Part shown: piece after piece, positions 35,146 through 45,031 of the stretch | Numbering within the stretch: the stretch's first letter is position 1 | Layout: every line of letters begins with the position of its first letter | Virus record (IMG/VR): IMGVR_UViG_3300045999_002371 | Span: 12,312-76,311 of that record | DNA length: 64,000 nucleotides | From: a virus | Direction: 5' to 3' (one strand) | Position numbers and translations under genes: made by a program | Notes under the pieces: model-generated | The model's database searches: none | What the model was told of the DNA's origin: nothing | The model's input: only the letters and a program-made list of their open reading frames with translations

Positions 35146-36401
35146 TATTTACCCACCCATCTACTTGGTGTAACTTTAAACCCAGCATTAGATTTATTGA
35201 CTAACATTTGAGGAGCACGAAGTGTAGTAACTGTTGGCTTACTTGATACTCCTGTACTTAACTCTTGTTGTATGTTTCTGACAGGTACCACAGAGGCAGA
35301 TTCGGGACGAAATGCTGAAGATTTGTTTCTTCCCGTTCCGTCTGTCATGCAAGTAAACTCAACTTCATACCGACCATCGTAGTAGCATTGATGGAGTGTC
35401 TTTTTTACAATCCAGTTTCCGTCAGTAGTAGAACCAGTTCCATTAATCTCCACAGTTCTGTATGGAGCAATTCGTGGGTCACCCTGGCTTGCAGTATCTG
35501 CAGTGATTGAAAAACGAGAGAGTTGAGCATGGGCATTAGCAATAAGTTCTGCCATGTGTGCATTACCTGTCATGGCACCTGGCAGTGCCTCGACAAATAA
35601 CGGGTCTGCATTTGAGGTTCTTAAGTTCTTACCAACTGTAGTAGGGGACTTTGACGAAGAGTAGAACTTTGCCGTTACAGGATCAACTCCATGAACAATC
35701 TTATCTTTCTTAGAGTTAGAATCCTTGTCCATGTAGTCTCCTACTTTTGGCTTAAACATATCCAAAGTCTGAGAATTGAACTCGCTCCAAATATTTCCAA
35801 CAGGATCAAAGAAAGAAAGTACTGGGATAGTTGTTATGAACTTGTCAATCATTTTGTCAATAGGATGAAAATGCAACTCTGTTCCACTGACCTGTGCTAC
35901 GTAACCAATACGACCAGCAAGTTCTTGTATCTTTTCCCAGTAGGTGTGGTTGAGCATAGACTGCTGACTAAAGATCATTGGATGAGGCGTTACTACAGGC
36001 TTTAGTTTAAACTTCTTAGCAATCTCAATGACGATGTCTGGAGCAGTTTTGTTCTTCCAGATTTTGTTTCCGCCCTCTTTTAAAGGGAGAGAAGCACCTA
36101 TTGCTCTAATTGTCACTGGACGACGAAGTGTTTGCTGTGTGATCGGTGTGTAATCTACGATATACCCAAAGAACTCACCTACAATATTATTTGAGGTCTT
36201 CCACTTTAGTGCTACAGTCGCTCCTGTTTTGAGGCCTTTGTAAAAGACATTGCTGTCTCGTAGGTAGGTTATCTCTAACACATCTTGTTTTCCTGCTTCT
36301 TGCATTAGTGTGAACCCTTTTGGTATAACTTTAAAACTTGGAAAGTCTGGGTAGTTAACAGTAAAGGATGTTCCTAAACGATTCTGTGTGGTTTTATTCA
36401 T
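35145..36401 (-). CDS. baseplate hub protein (gpD/gp27-like)
   Basis: F.GYI, IA.K..L, Q...TYW..I..LA..IGY, GDP.I.P, G.W.V...H. Confidence 0.75.
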   Translation of the reverse strand: MNKTTQNRLGTSFTVNYPDFPSFKVIPKGFTLMQEAGKQDVLEITYLRDSNVFYKGLKTGATVALKWKTSNNIVGEFFGYIVDYTPITQQTLRRPVTIRAIGASLPLKEGGNKIWKNKTAPDIVIEIAKKFKLKPVVTPHPMIFSQQSMLNHTYWEKIQELAGRIGYVAQVSGTELHFHPIDKMIDKFITTIPVLSFFDPVGNIWSEFNSQTLDMFKPKVGDYMDKDSNSKKDKIVHGVDPVTAKFYSSSKSPTTVGKNLRTSNADPLFVEALPGAMTGNAHMAELIANAHAQLSRFSITADTASQGDPRIAPYRTVEINGTGSTTDGNWIVKKTLHQCYYDGRYEVEFTCMTDGTGRNKSSAFRPESASVVPVRNIQQELSTGVSSKPTVTTLRAPQMLVNKSNAGFKVTPSRWVGK

Positions 36402-36669
36402 TAGGAATCCTTAGTACAGTTCCTGGGAGGATATTCAAAGGGTCAATAATTTCTGGATTAATGTCCATAATTTGCCACCACAAATTGGTAGACCCAAGAA
36501 ACTTTAGAGAAACTCTGTCTAGACGATCTGTTTCAACCCAGGTGTAAGAGAAGTAAGCAACACTGTAACTTGGGAACAATCTAAATACTGTTAACTCATA
36601 GGTGTCAGTTCGTGAGTCGTAAGCCTTAAACAAAGGGCCATCAGCGTATCTGCTGTCTAGGTAAATCAT
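36394..36669 (-). CDS. LysM/tail-X-like baseplate protein
   Basis: DRLD.VS..FLG...LWWQI.D.NP.I.DP.....GT.LRIP. Confidence 0.8.
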   Translation of the reverse strand: MIYLDSRYADGPLFKAYDSRTDTYELTVFRLFPSYSVAYFSYTWVETDRLDRVSLKFLGSTNLWWQIMDINPEIIDPLNILPGTVLRIPNE

Positions 36670-37943
36670 TAAATGAATCCCCCATTTCTTTGTCTGATTC
36701 GTGCTAAGTCAACAGGAGGTTGAGTAACTTGGATTGGAGTCCCAGGACCATCGTTGTAACGGCCGCAAACAAATCTTACTGTTGACAGGATAGGAACCAT
36801 TCTGTTGTTAAACATCGCATGGTTAATTGAGATTTCATTAATACGTATTCTGTAACGCATTCCAGCGCCCAGATGAAGTTCTAGTGAGGAAGGGATTAAC
36901 CATCCAGCATCAGCAGTTAATCCATTAAACTTGGAAGTAAAGGTTGCTCGTGGACCGTTTATAGTCTTAAAGAAGTACTCTAAGTCATACATAGTTCCAC
37001 GATCGTAAATTTGTTTTCTTTCAGCAATAGGTACATCAATTTGGCCATAAGGGTAAGCACCTACAAGCGAACCATCTGACTTTAAATGATTAAAGTCTGC
37101 AATTCTATTAAGTAGTACTTCAAAAACAACTGTACTTGTAATGAGGTTAGCACTTACGGGGTTGAATACTTCACCTCCTGAAGACATGTACTCAGGGTCC
37201 ATCTGTGATTGAACGCCCCAGCCCATACTTACAGTTGTAGGGTTGTAAAGAAATTTAAATCCATACATCTGTTTGTCAAGTTTTACTACATCTTTTTTTT
37301 GCGAGTTAGCAATATTCTTGACGTACTCTCTATCCATCTGGATAGTTCCACGTCCACCATTGACTCCACGCCAAGCACTATAGGCATCGTTAAACACTGG
37401 AGCATTTATTGGGAATCCCTTGGTGTCTGCTGTTCCACCTATTGAGTCTGCAGAGATACCTTGTCCTAAATATGCTCCAGCAACCAACGGTGCGTTGTAC
37501 TTGTACTCTGTAGAGAACTCAACGTTACCTCCTTGATCGGTGACGGTATTTGTTGTTGAATTCCCGTTAGCACCTGGTTTTTCTGGTACCGAAGGCTTCT
37601 TACCTAGAATTGTGTTGATCTTGTTTTGTGTATCAACCTTCTTCTTTTCCAACGCAACAATATCTTTCTTGGTTGCTGTAATTCTGTCACGAATTATTTG
37701 ACGAGCAGCCAATAGGTTATCAATGACAGTTGGATTGGTCTCTGTCTGTAAATCTTCAGTAATACCTTTGATAAGTTTTTCGTCTTTAGTGATGTTCTCT
37801 TTTTTTGTTTTAATGTCTTTTTCAATAGACTTAACTTGATCCCTGTAAGCATTGAGGGCATTTTTTACGTAGGCAGCATCTTGAATTCTTTGTCGTTCAT
37901 TACGAATGCCTGAACCGCCTGTATAACGTCGTCTTGGCGCCAT
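36669..37943 (-). CDS. tail tube initiator / baseplate protein with N-terminal coiled coil
   Basis: GFKFLYNPT.V, FEVLLNR, RGT.YDLEY, FNNRMVP; lies between tape measure and LysM gene. Confidence 0.6.
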   Translation of the reverse strand: MAPRRRYTGGSGIRNERQRIQDAAYVKNALNAYRDQVKSIEKDIKTKKENITKDEKLIKGITEDLQTETNPTVIDNLLAARQIIRDRITATKKDIVALEKKKVDTQNKINTILGKKPSVPEKPGANGNSTTNTVTDQGGNVEFSTEYKYNAPLVAGAYLGQGISADSIGGTADTKGFPINAPVFNDAYSAWRGVNGGRGTIQMDREYVKNIANSQKKDVVKLDKQMYGFKFLYNPTTVSMGWGVQSQMDPEYMSSGGEVFNPVSANLITSTVVFEVLLNRIADFNHLKSDGSLVGAYPYGQIDVPIAERKQIYDRGTMYDLEYFFKTINGPRATFTSKFNGLTADAGWLIPSSLELHLGAGMRYRIRINEISINHAMFNNRMVPILSTVRFVCGRYNDGPGTPIQVTQPPVDLARIRQRNGGFI

Positions 37944-40303
37944 TATGAACCACCTATCATTGATATCTCTTTATCATGGTCAAGGTAGTCCTTAACCTTT
38001 TTGGCAAAACGAATAGCGTCTTGATCTGTTGCTTGATCAAACTTAATGGTGACATTAACGGTCTTACTTCCTGATTGAAGTTGAGTTGGCATTGACGCTC
38101 CGTAACCAACGTCTCCTCCACCAGTGATGCCTAACTTCTTTGAAGTATTAGTCCAAGCATTCGTCCATTTTGTTCCGCCCTTTGAAATGTCATACGCAAT
38201 ACGGGCATTGATTGCTGGATCGTAAAGACTCTCTGGACCTGTGTATCCAATTCCTGCATACTCTTTTAAGTACTGTTCGTTTCTTCTTTTGCCTAAATTA
38301 CCAATCATGTTTACTTGGAATAACCCAAGGGAGTAATCTCCTGTTTTTGCATTAGGGTTTAATGCACTAGGACGGCCACCTGACTCTGCACGGACTACAC
38401 GGAAGGCTGTTTCTAGAGAGGAGCCACTAAACCCTGCACCAGAAAGAACACTTATAAGTTCTGAGTTACTCAATGCTCCTTTAGCAACTGGACCATCAAT
38501 TGACATGGTTGCACCAATCGAAGCGCTTGAATTGCTTGCAGCACCAGTGCCAAGAAGTTCACTTGATATAGGGGAAACAAATCCGCTTACGTATTGTCCT
38601 CCCAATAAAGATGTAGCACCCGTATACCCAGCAGGATCTACTGGGTTGTTCTTTCCTTTTCGTAGTTCAAAGTGTAAGTGTGGTCCACTAGAGTTTCCTG
38701 TATCTCCAGACTTTCCAATTCTTTGTCCTGCTTTAACGGTGTCCCCTGCGTTCACTTCTTTTGCACTGAGGTGCCCGTAGATACTCTGCATACCGTCAGC
38801 GTGTTCAATCATTACTGCTGTTCCGTAGCCTGCGTCTAGAACTTGGTTAGAAACAACTCCATCTTTCCAAGAGATAACTGGAGTTCCAATTGGGACTGCG
38901 TAATCTGTTCCCTTATGTGTTCCGTTAGTACCGCTCCACATATCGCCCTTGTCACCGTACGCAGCGGTTATTCCTGCTGCAACTGGCGCAGTACCTGAGG
39001 CTCCGCCCTTACCGAATCCTCCACCATAACCAGAGCGTCCTCCACCTTTTCCTCCAGTAAACGCCTGCACAAGCCTACTAATACCAGCACTAAACAGAGA
39101 TGCAGTTACAGCAAGTCCAGCACCAACGTTGGTAGCGCCAACTCCTCCAACTAAACCCTTCATCTGGGATAGAGGTTGGATAACATTTTCTAGGGCACGG
39201 TTAAATGCTTCAACTGTATCTGCAGCATTTTCAAATCCTTTAATCATTGATGATTCGCCTTTAGTCATCAACGATGTTTGAGAGGCGTTTAGTCGTCCTT
39301 GAGCAGTGAGCATTGTGTTTGAATTTTTATCTGTGCCTTGTGCATTTCCACGTTTTGCAAGATCTGGATCTCGTCCAGCAGATAGGTCGATCATTGCTTG
39401 GTACAGCATCTCTTGCTGTGCAGGATCAAACCCCATAGTCCTTAAGTTTGCACCCAGTGCTCCACGCTGATAAGACTCACGTACTTGTTGAGTGGTTGCT
39501 TTTCCTCCACCCATTACATTCATCAACTCTTTTGCAAGTTGTCCTGGAGTTTTTTCTTTTCCAGAAGCATCTCGTGTGCTGATACCGTACTGATAGAGGT
39601 TTGCTGCCATAGGGCCAGTTTGGAATCCAGCAATAGCCTGTGTTGCTACGGCGTTGTCCATTCCTAAGTACTTATAGGCTCCACCAATTTGAGCAGAAGC
39701 CTGTAGATAGTTTGCGCTTCCTGGTGTGTATCCACGACCAGCAAGTCCTGCGGCAACAATTGCATCAGAACCGACGCTCGAAATTCCTCCACCCATTGCG
39801 CCAAACGTTGCACGCTGTAATTGATTACGACTAATTCCTGGTGCTGTTAATCCTGCTTGGTAGTAACCAAGTGCACGACCCATAGTCAGTGAGAGATCAG
39901 GAGTTGCAGCGTAAGCACCAGCAGGCAGTGCCATCGCCATCTTTGCTATACCACCAAAAGCCTTAAACGTGTCTGCTGTTACCTCTGCAGGTTCTCTTCC
40001 TTCTTCAGCAAAAGAGGTTTTGCTTCTTGATATCTGACTAGTTCCACCAGCATTAGACATGCCTGTTGGTGCAGGAGGCTGTGTAAACCGTGCATTATCT
40101 GTGCCTGTTCCAGGGCGGGTTGTTCCTTGACCCAACCCCATTGCACCGCCAGAGGTGTTTATAGCAGCACTTACATTTGTGAATGCCTTACCAGCAACAG
40201 CGTTTAACTTTTCAATAGACTTATAAAGGGACTCAACCTCTTTGGTTAGACCACGGGTCTCTGTAGTCAGCGACTTGATGTTCGCAACCATCTTGTTAGC
40301 CAT
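37943..40303 (-). CDS. tape measure protein with M23 peptidase and lytic transglycosylase domains
   Basis: Ala/Gly-rich helical N-terminal half; HKGTDY, YGHL, GPHLHFE (M23); AESGG, GLFQVN (SLT). Confidence 0.88.
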   Translation of the reverse strand: MANKMVANIKSLTTETRGLTKEVESLYKSIEKLNAVAGKAFTNVSAAINTSGGAMGLGQGTTRPGTGTDNARFTQPPAPTGMSNAGGTSQISRSKTSFAEEGREPAEVTADTFKAFGGIAKMAMALPAGAYAATPDLSLTMGRALGYYQAGLTAPGISRNQLQRATFGAMGGGISSVGSDAIVAAGLAGRGYTPGSANYLQASAQIGGAYKYLGMDNAVATQAIAGFQTGPMAANLYQYGISTRDASGKEKTPGQLAKELMNVMGGGKATTQQVRESYQRGALGANLRTMGFDPAQQEMLYQAMIDLSAGRDPDLAKRGNAQGTDKNSNTMLTAQGRLNASQTSLMTKGESSMIKGFENAADTVEAFNRALENVIQPLSQMKGLVGGVGATNVGAGLAVTASLFSAGISRLVQAFTGGKGGGRSGYGGGFGKGGASGTAPVAAGITAAYGDKGDMWSGTNGTHKGTDYAVPIGTPVISWKDGVVSNQVLDAGYGTAVMIEHADGMQSIYGHLSAKEVNAGDTVKAGQRIGKSGDTGNSSGPHLHFELRKGKNNPVDPAGYTGATSLLGGQYVSGFVSPISSELLGTGAASNSSASIGATMSIDGPVAKGALSNSELISVLSGAGFSGSSLETAFRVVRAESGGRPSALNPNAKTGDYSLGLFQVNMIGNLGKRRNEQYLKEYAGIGYTGPESLYDPAINARIAYDISKGGTKWTNAWTNTSKKLGITGGGDVGYGASMPTQLQSGSKTVNVTIKFDQATDQDAIRFAKKVKDYLDHDKEISMIGGS

Positions 40304-40305
40304 GA

Positions 40306-40465
40306 CTACCCCTTTCTACTAGTTTTGCTGGCTATCTCTAGCCAGTTTCCTCGTTCTCTTACTGACAAAGATTTGATCTCTGTCAGTGTCCATCCGCTGT
40401 ACTCGTTAGTTAAGACCGACCATTCCGCAAGTAAATGCGTATATGGAGTGACGCTAGAAGCGAAA
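40306..40465 (-). CDS. tail assembly chaperone C-terminal extension (gp51/gpGT-like), probably reached by +1 frameshift
   Basis: EW..L.....GWTL.EIK.LS.RER..WL; no ATG or RBS; overlaps the end of the upstream chaperone gene in the +1 frame. Confidence 0.65.
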
Positions 40466-41263
40466 CAAGGCCCCGAAATTAACGGGAACAGATACCTCAC
40501 TTTCGCAGTCAGGGCATGTCACCTTAACCACATCAAACTGAGGTCCACACAAGCGCTTGTTGATTGCGTCACTAATCGTGCGACGATCTACAAGGCCCAA
40601 ATTCTGTACTTGAAGTTTGCTGAGTACTGGTGAGTCATCGATCTTTATCACTGTATTCTCTAGCATGATGGTTGTTAGTTCCGCAGATGTCTTGTCAGAG
40701 TTCAGTAGCATTTCTTTTTGAGTGATGCCTGTAGGAAGTTGAACTGTGTATTTACGGGTTTTTCCATCTACAGTAAACACTCGATCGTTTATTGGATCCA
40801 TCAAAGCCTTGACTTTAATGTCTGTATCAAGATCGATCTGTACGGTCTTTACTTCTTCGCAACCTTCGCAGTAGCCACCAAGATCAGCAGTCTTACCAAA
40901 AGTTGCTTTCATAATTCCTAGAACAAGCATGTCTCTGTCACCAGAGAGGAGTTGATCCAGTAACTTTTCATCGGCTTTTTGATTACCAACTCGAACTGTT
41001 CCACGACTAAGGATCGTTAACATCGCTTTACCGATGTTAGAAGTACGAGCAATCGCTTCTTCATCAGAGCCGTTTAGTTCACGAACCTCGGCATCCGTGA
41101 TGATCTCCCCAGTGGCTGTTAAGTAGCCACCAGGGAGAGTCACAGTATTGTCCGAAGGAGATGTAATCTTTACTTCTTCCTGTACTGGCGTTTCTGCCAG
41201 TGCAGAGTTAATCAAGTTATTTGCCAATGCGGGATTAGCCGCTGCACTAATTGTTTTCGTCAT
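40454..41263 (-). CDS. tail assembly chaperone / baseplate hub assembly protein (T4 gp26-like)
   Basis: V.LPGG, VRELNG.DEE, LL.GDRD, CxxC twice; between tail tube and tape measure. Confidence 0.75.
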   Translation of the reverse strand: MTKTISAAANPALANNLINSALAETPVQEEVKITSPSDNTVTLPGGYLTATGEIITDAEVRELNGSDEEAIARTSNIGKAMLTILSRGTVRVGNQKADEKLLDQLLSGDRDMLVLGIMKATFGKTADLGGYCEGCEEVKTVQIDLDTDIKVKALMDPINDRVFTVDGKTRKYTVQLPTGITQKEMLLNSDKTSAELTTIMLENTVIKIDDSPVLSKLQVQNLGLVDRRTISDAINKRLCGPQFDVVKVTCPDCESEVSVPVNFGALFRF

Positions 41264-41275
41264 GTTAGTCCTTTG

Positions 41276-41881
41276 TTAGTATGTAGCCGCTGATGCTTCG
41301 TAGTTTGTTGCCCAGTTGATGTCAAAGCCTTCATGTACAAGTGTCATCTGCTCTACGAGTAGTGCGTTGTCACCTGCGTTTAGGTCTGAGTATGCAACTG
41401 ATGTAGGCCATGCGTTGTACACTTTGAAGCGCATCGCTACGTGATCCTCTGATGTTGTTGTTGTGTCGTTTGCATTTGGTGATCCAGGGATTGGGTGTGA
41501 TAGAACTGCAATCTCTAGGTCACAACGAAAGTTCTGATCTACTCCACGAGTTGTTCCAGCAGCAGTTACTGTTGCGAATAAGTTACGCATCCAATCCCAG
41601 TTCTGCTTTGTTCCTAGGACTACGCCACGCTGTAGTGTTAGGGGTGTGAAAGTTGTCTGACCAGGAATCTGGTGGACAGTGGTGTTGTAACCACCTTCAC
41701 GGTAAGGGATAGAGTCAGTTGCAACCGACAATCCCGACACAGAGGTAAAGCCAATAGTTGCCTGAGTTAGACCAAGGCCATTATTAGCAAACCCTCCTTG
41801 TGGTTGAAACGTAACTAAAAATCGAAAGTTACGTAATGGATCAGTCAGTAGTGTTGACCGATTGTTAATTACTGTTGCCAT
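41276..41881 (-). CDS. tail tube protein (T4 gp19-like)
   Basis: DPLRNFRF.V, GF..VSGL, YREGG, PG...F..LTL.RG, NAWP....SDLNA, E..TL.HEG. Confidence 0.92.
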   Translation of the reverse strand: MATVINNRSTLLTDPLRNFRFLVTFQPQGGFANNGLGLTQATIGFTSVSGLSVATDSIPYREGGYNTTVHQIPGQTTFTPLTLQRGVVLGTKQNWDWMRNLFATVTAAGTTRGVDQNFRCDLEIAVLSHPIPGSPNANDTTTTSEDHVAMRFKVYNAWPTSVAYSDLNAGDNALLVEQMTLVHEGFDINWATNYEASAATY

Positions 41882-41901
41882 TTATTTGTTTCTCCTTCGG
41901 T

Positions 41902-43404
41902 TTAGTTCAGCGTCTTTTGGCTGAGGTCGATGACGATGAACTCTGCTGGGTATTGCAACGCAACACCAACCTGGATATGGACTTCGCCGTTGGCGATTGA
42001 TTGTGCACTGTTGTTCTCAGCATCACACTTAACGAAGTAAGCCTGTGCTGGAGTTGTGCCACGTAGACCACCTTGGTTTCTGTATTCGCCAAGGAACACA
42101 TTGAGGACTGTGCGGATTTGTGCCCACAATTTTTCCTCATTGTTTTCGAAGATAGCGAACTCAGTAAGGTTCTTGATGTTCTTACGGATGTAGATGAGAG
42201 AGCGACGCATATTGACATACTTGTTAGCAGTGCCATCTTGCTTCAATGTGCGAGCACCCATTACAGAGAGACCAGCGCCAGGAATCTGACGGATTGGGTT
42301 TACTGGAGATGTGCTTGCGTTCATTGTGTCTAGTTCTGCAGATGAGAAAGACTTCTCTACAGATACGATTCCCTGGATTGCTGCACCGATACCTGCTGGA
42401 GCCTTGAACACTCCACGGCTTGCATCAGTTGCAAGGTATAGACCTGTTACAGCACCTGCTGGACCAATCTTGCGGAGGGCTCCCGCACCACGACCTAGTG
42501 GGTCAGCAATAAACAGGTGTGGGTAGTAGACAGCAGCGTTGCTTGAGTCTGTAAGTGAACCAGCAAAAGACACTGCGTTTGCAACCGTTAGATTTGGATC
42601 AGTATCAATAACAACAAATCCGTTGTTTGATTCTGACCATGAGGTTGCTGCGTCAAATACATCTGCAACACCTGATGATAATGCGTTAACTCCAGGTAAG
42701 AAGAATACAAGTGGGCGATCAAGTGATGTGAAGTCTTCAAAGACTGAAGCAGAGGCTCCTTTATAGGCTGTGTAGTCAGCAGCGACTACAGCAGTTCCGT
42801 TTGATCCACCTGTTAGAGGGTAAGTGTTTGTACTAGGAGTTCCTGAGTCACTGTTGCTGATTGTAATGCTTGGTGATACTAGGTTGATTACTGTCTCTGC
42901 ATAGTCACTGGACGTTGAGTCATCAAATACGATGTTCTCATAACGTTCAAGCAAAATATCATCGGAGATGTCATCTGCTACACCAGATTCTTTGTAAAGA
43001 GTAAGGGTGTAAGTTCCATTTACAGATCCAGGAGCAATAGTAACACGAAGGTTGTTACCATCTGTTCCCGCATTTTTTGCTGTAACTGTTGCTATAACAT
43101 CATCTCCTGAAGTAACAATGTCTGTTGTTGCAGCATCAGCATCTGAGTGTAGAACTCTCTTTACATAAAGTTCACGTCCACCATTTGCAAAGAATGAGCC
43201 AACCTGGAAGGTTGCTGGGTATGAGGCGTTGTAGCCTCCAAAGTTCTTAGTAAATTCATACCAAGATGAAACAAGCGTTACGGCTTCTGGGCCTTGTGCA
43301 AAAGGTGCAACAACTGCGCCAGCAGCATTAGCAGTAACACCACCTGGTAGTGGTGCTGGTAGTAGGCGTTCACTGATGTAAACACCTGGGCGGCTATATG
43401 CCAT
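41902..43404 (-). CDS. contractile tail sheath protein
   Basis: Y.RPGVYI.E, FF.NGG, G.GN, AAVYYP, RGVFKAPAG, GARTL, YVN.RR, FE.N, LW, AYFVKCD..NN, PAEFI. Confidence 0.95.
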   Translation of the reverse strand: MAYSRPGVYISERLLPAPLPGGVTANAAGAVVAPFAQGPEAVTLVSSWYEFTKNFGGYNASYPATFQVGSFFANGGRELYVKRVLHSDADAATTDIVTSGDDVIATVTAKNAGTDGNNLRVTIAPGSVNGTYTLTLYKESGVADDISDDILLERYENIVFDDSTSSDYAETVINLVSPSITISNSDSGTPSTNTYPLTGGSNGTAVVAADYTAYKGASASVFEDFTSLDRPLVFFLPGVNALSSGVADVFDAATSWSESNNGFVVIDTDPNLTVANAVSFAGSLTDSSNAAVYYPHLFIADPLGRGAGALRKIGPAGAVTGLYLATDASRGVFKAPAGIGAAIQGIVSVEKSFSSAELDTMNASTSPVNPIRQIPGAGLSVMGARTLKQDGTANKYVNMRRSLIYIRKNIKNLTEFAIFENNEEKLWAQIRTVLNVFLGEYRNQGGLRGTTPAQAYFVKCDAENNSAQSIANGEVHIQVGVALQYPAEFIVIDLSQKTLN

Positions 43405-43435
43405 TTTTTCTCCTAACTAGTTGGGTAAGGGTTCC

Positions 43436-44113
43436 TTATGGTGCCGTTATTGTGATCGGATCTACAGCGGTAAACTCGCCACGACCAATGACTTGGCTGC
43501 CAGTTGTACCTGTAACGTTGAGTTCTTGGACCTTGTATAGTTTGTTGAATGTGGTAGGAGCGATCTCACTAGAGATACGCACCGTTATTGCGTTTACGAA
43601 TAAACGCTTTCCTTGCTCTGTAATATCTCGCTTAGAGATATCAAGAACATCCAGACGACGTGTAGTTCCGAACTGGGTATCTGGACCCACGTTCAAAACT
43701 GCAAATCGCAATGGAATCTTTGTGTACAGCAACTGCGCCAAGATTTGACGGTCATGGCGTGGCTGACGTGCATATGTAGTAATTTGGTAATCAATATTTA
43801 CTGGGATTGGATAGTCCATAGTCTTATCGTGCAGATCTGAGTCCCAGTCAACACCTGTTGCCATAGTGTCTGGGTCTGCGTAATAAGGAGCGTTTACTTT
43901 ACCGCGATGTGCACGATCAAATGCTTCTGCAATATCAATCATGTCAATAGTGATGTAAGGGTATGACTGACTGCGGATTTCCTGATCAGGCTGACCAAAC
44001 CACACGCCTACTTTGCGTTGTGGTCCATCTTCAGTAACGGACTTTTGGTCAGTAACTACCATGTCCTTAAGAAGATTGCGAAGTGCTTCATCTTCGTCTA
44101 ATAAGAAACTCAT
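43436..44113 (-). CDS. tail completion / sheath terminator-like protein
   Basis: YP.ITID, P.PVN..YQI; immediately upstream of the sheath gene. Confidence 0.6.
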   Translation of the reverse strand: MSFLLDEDEALRNLLKDMVVTDQKSVTEDGPQRKVGVWFGQPDQEIRSQSYPYITIDMIDIAEAFDRAHRGKVNAPYYADPDTMATGVDWDSDLHDKTMDYPIPVNIDYQITTYARQPRHDRQILAQLLYTKIPLRFAVLNVGPDTQFGTTRRLDVLDISKRDITEQGKRLFVNAITVRISSEIAPTTFNKLYKVQELNVTGTTGSQVIGRGEFTAVDPITITAP

Positions 44114-44427
44114 AGGTGAGCCTCCAGATGCTTGAATAGGCGGTTGACTAAAAAGTTCTCTGACTCAGCGGTGCGGTTTGCTGTATGACGAATTGCCCCA
44201 CTAGGTTGTCTGTCGGGGGTTCCATACTCATGATCAAGTGCCTCTGCATGATGCTTCTCATTCACATTAGCAGTAAAGCCGTCCTTGTTATAGGCCACAC
44301 TCATGCCGCTCACGACGTGCGATGGCCATCCAGTTGCTTTAGCCTCTGCACGAAGATGCGCTCCTACAAGACGGGAGGTCTCGTGGCTTGCTTTATGGAT
44401 AGAGTTAAGGACGTGGTCTTTCTTCAC
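44110..44427 (-). CDS. hypothetical virion morphogenesis protein
   Basis: A....GWP, EYGT...P...IR block reminiscent of neck/tail-completion proteins. Confidence 0.45.
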   Translation of the reverse strand: MKKDHVLNSIHKASHETSRLVGAHLRAEAKATGWPSHVVSGMSVAYNKDGFTANVNEKHHAEALDHEYGTPDRQPSGAIRHTANRTAESENFLVNRLFKHLEAHL

Positions 44428-44612
44428 TTTTTTTTCCTGGCTTTCGCAACGGATTTGCCAGCAACTTTTCCACCGACGTAGCCTGCGATAAGACCAGTAA
44501 TAATTGGTTGTTTGTCTTTAGGACGACCGCCGAACATGCCACGCATGAAATTCTCGACTTCGTCTTTGCCGTTTAATTCAGCGGCACGCTCATACCAAGG
44601 CTTATAGCCCAT
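44424..44612 (-). CDS. small hypothetical protein with C-terminal hydrophobic then basic segment
   Basis: Likely start MGYKPW at 44612 with AAGGGG RBS. Confidence 0.6.
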   Translation of the reverse strand: MGYKPWYERAAELNGKDEVENFMRGMFGGRPKDKQPIITGLIAGYVGGKVAGKSVAKARKKK

Positions 44613-44686
44613 AATTAATCCCCTTATCGCAAGCAGTGGGACTGCACAGGCACCGCAGTGGTGATCTGATATTGCAATGATAAATG

Positions 44687-44709
44687 AAAAAGCCACCCGT
44701 AGGTGGCTT
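44687..44709 (-). terminator. intrinsic terminator closing the microprotein cassette
   Basis: Minus strand AAGCCACC-TACG-GGTGGCTT-TTT. Confidence 0.8.
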
Positions 44710-44714
44710 AGTCA

Positions 44715-44888
44715 TTACTTCTTTTTAATCTTTTTAACTATGGCTTTATCCATCTTGGTGTCATCTTCTTGAGACTTAGGCTTTCGGTGCTTCTTGTCCA
44801 TCTTATCAAACATTGCCTTCTGCGCTTTGTCTAGACCCTTGGTGGTCTTGGCATCCTGCTTCTTGTCTGAGGCTTTGGTGTATTTCAC
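44715..44888 (-). CDS. 57-aa Lys/Asp-rich microprotein (not in ORF track)
   Basis: MKYTKASDKKQDAKTTKGLDKAQKAMFDKMDKKHRKPKSQEDDTKMDKAIVKKIKKK; TAGTG overlap. Confidence 0.7.
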   Translation of the reverse strand: MKYTKASDKKQDAKTTKGLDKAQKAMFDKMDKKHRKPKSQEDDTKMDKAIVKKIKKK

Positions 44889-45031
44889 TACATGCCTTTT
44901 TTCTTGTTCATAGTCATCTTTGGCGCCTTACCCTTTTTAAGGGCTTTGAAGTCAGCGCCAGTGATCTTGTCTGTTGGCTTTGCTGCCCCAGCAATCTTCT
45001 GCTGCTTAGGAGTAAGAGTCTTCTTTATCAC
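44888..45031 (-). CDS. 47-aa Lys-rich microprotein (not in ORF track)
   Basis: MIKKTLTPKQQKIAGAAKPTDKITGADFKALKKGKAPKMTMNKKKGM; GTGA overlap. Confidence 0.7.
   Translation of the reverse strand: MIKKTLTPKQQKIAGAAKPTDKITGADFKALKKGKAPKMTMNKKKGM

Noticed and set aside
1308-43840. Short plus-strand ORFs antisense to the replication and tail genes
   Set aside because: Fully nested opposite well-supported genes, with no recognisable motifs.
44613-44696. N-terminal extension of ORF 44424..44696
   Set aside because: It starts inside the terminator hairpin; a better ATG with RBS lies at 44612.
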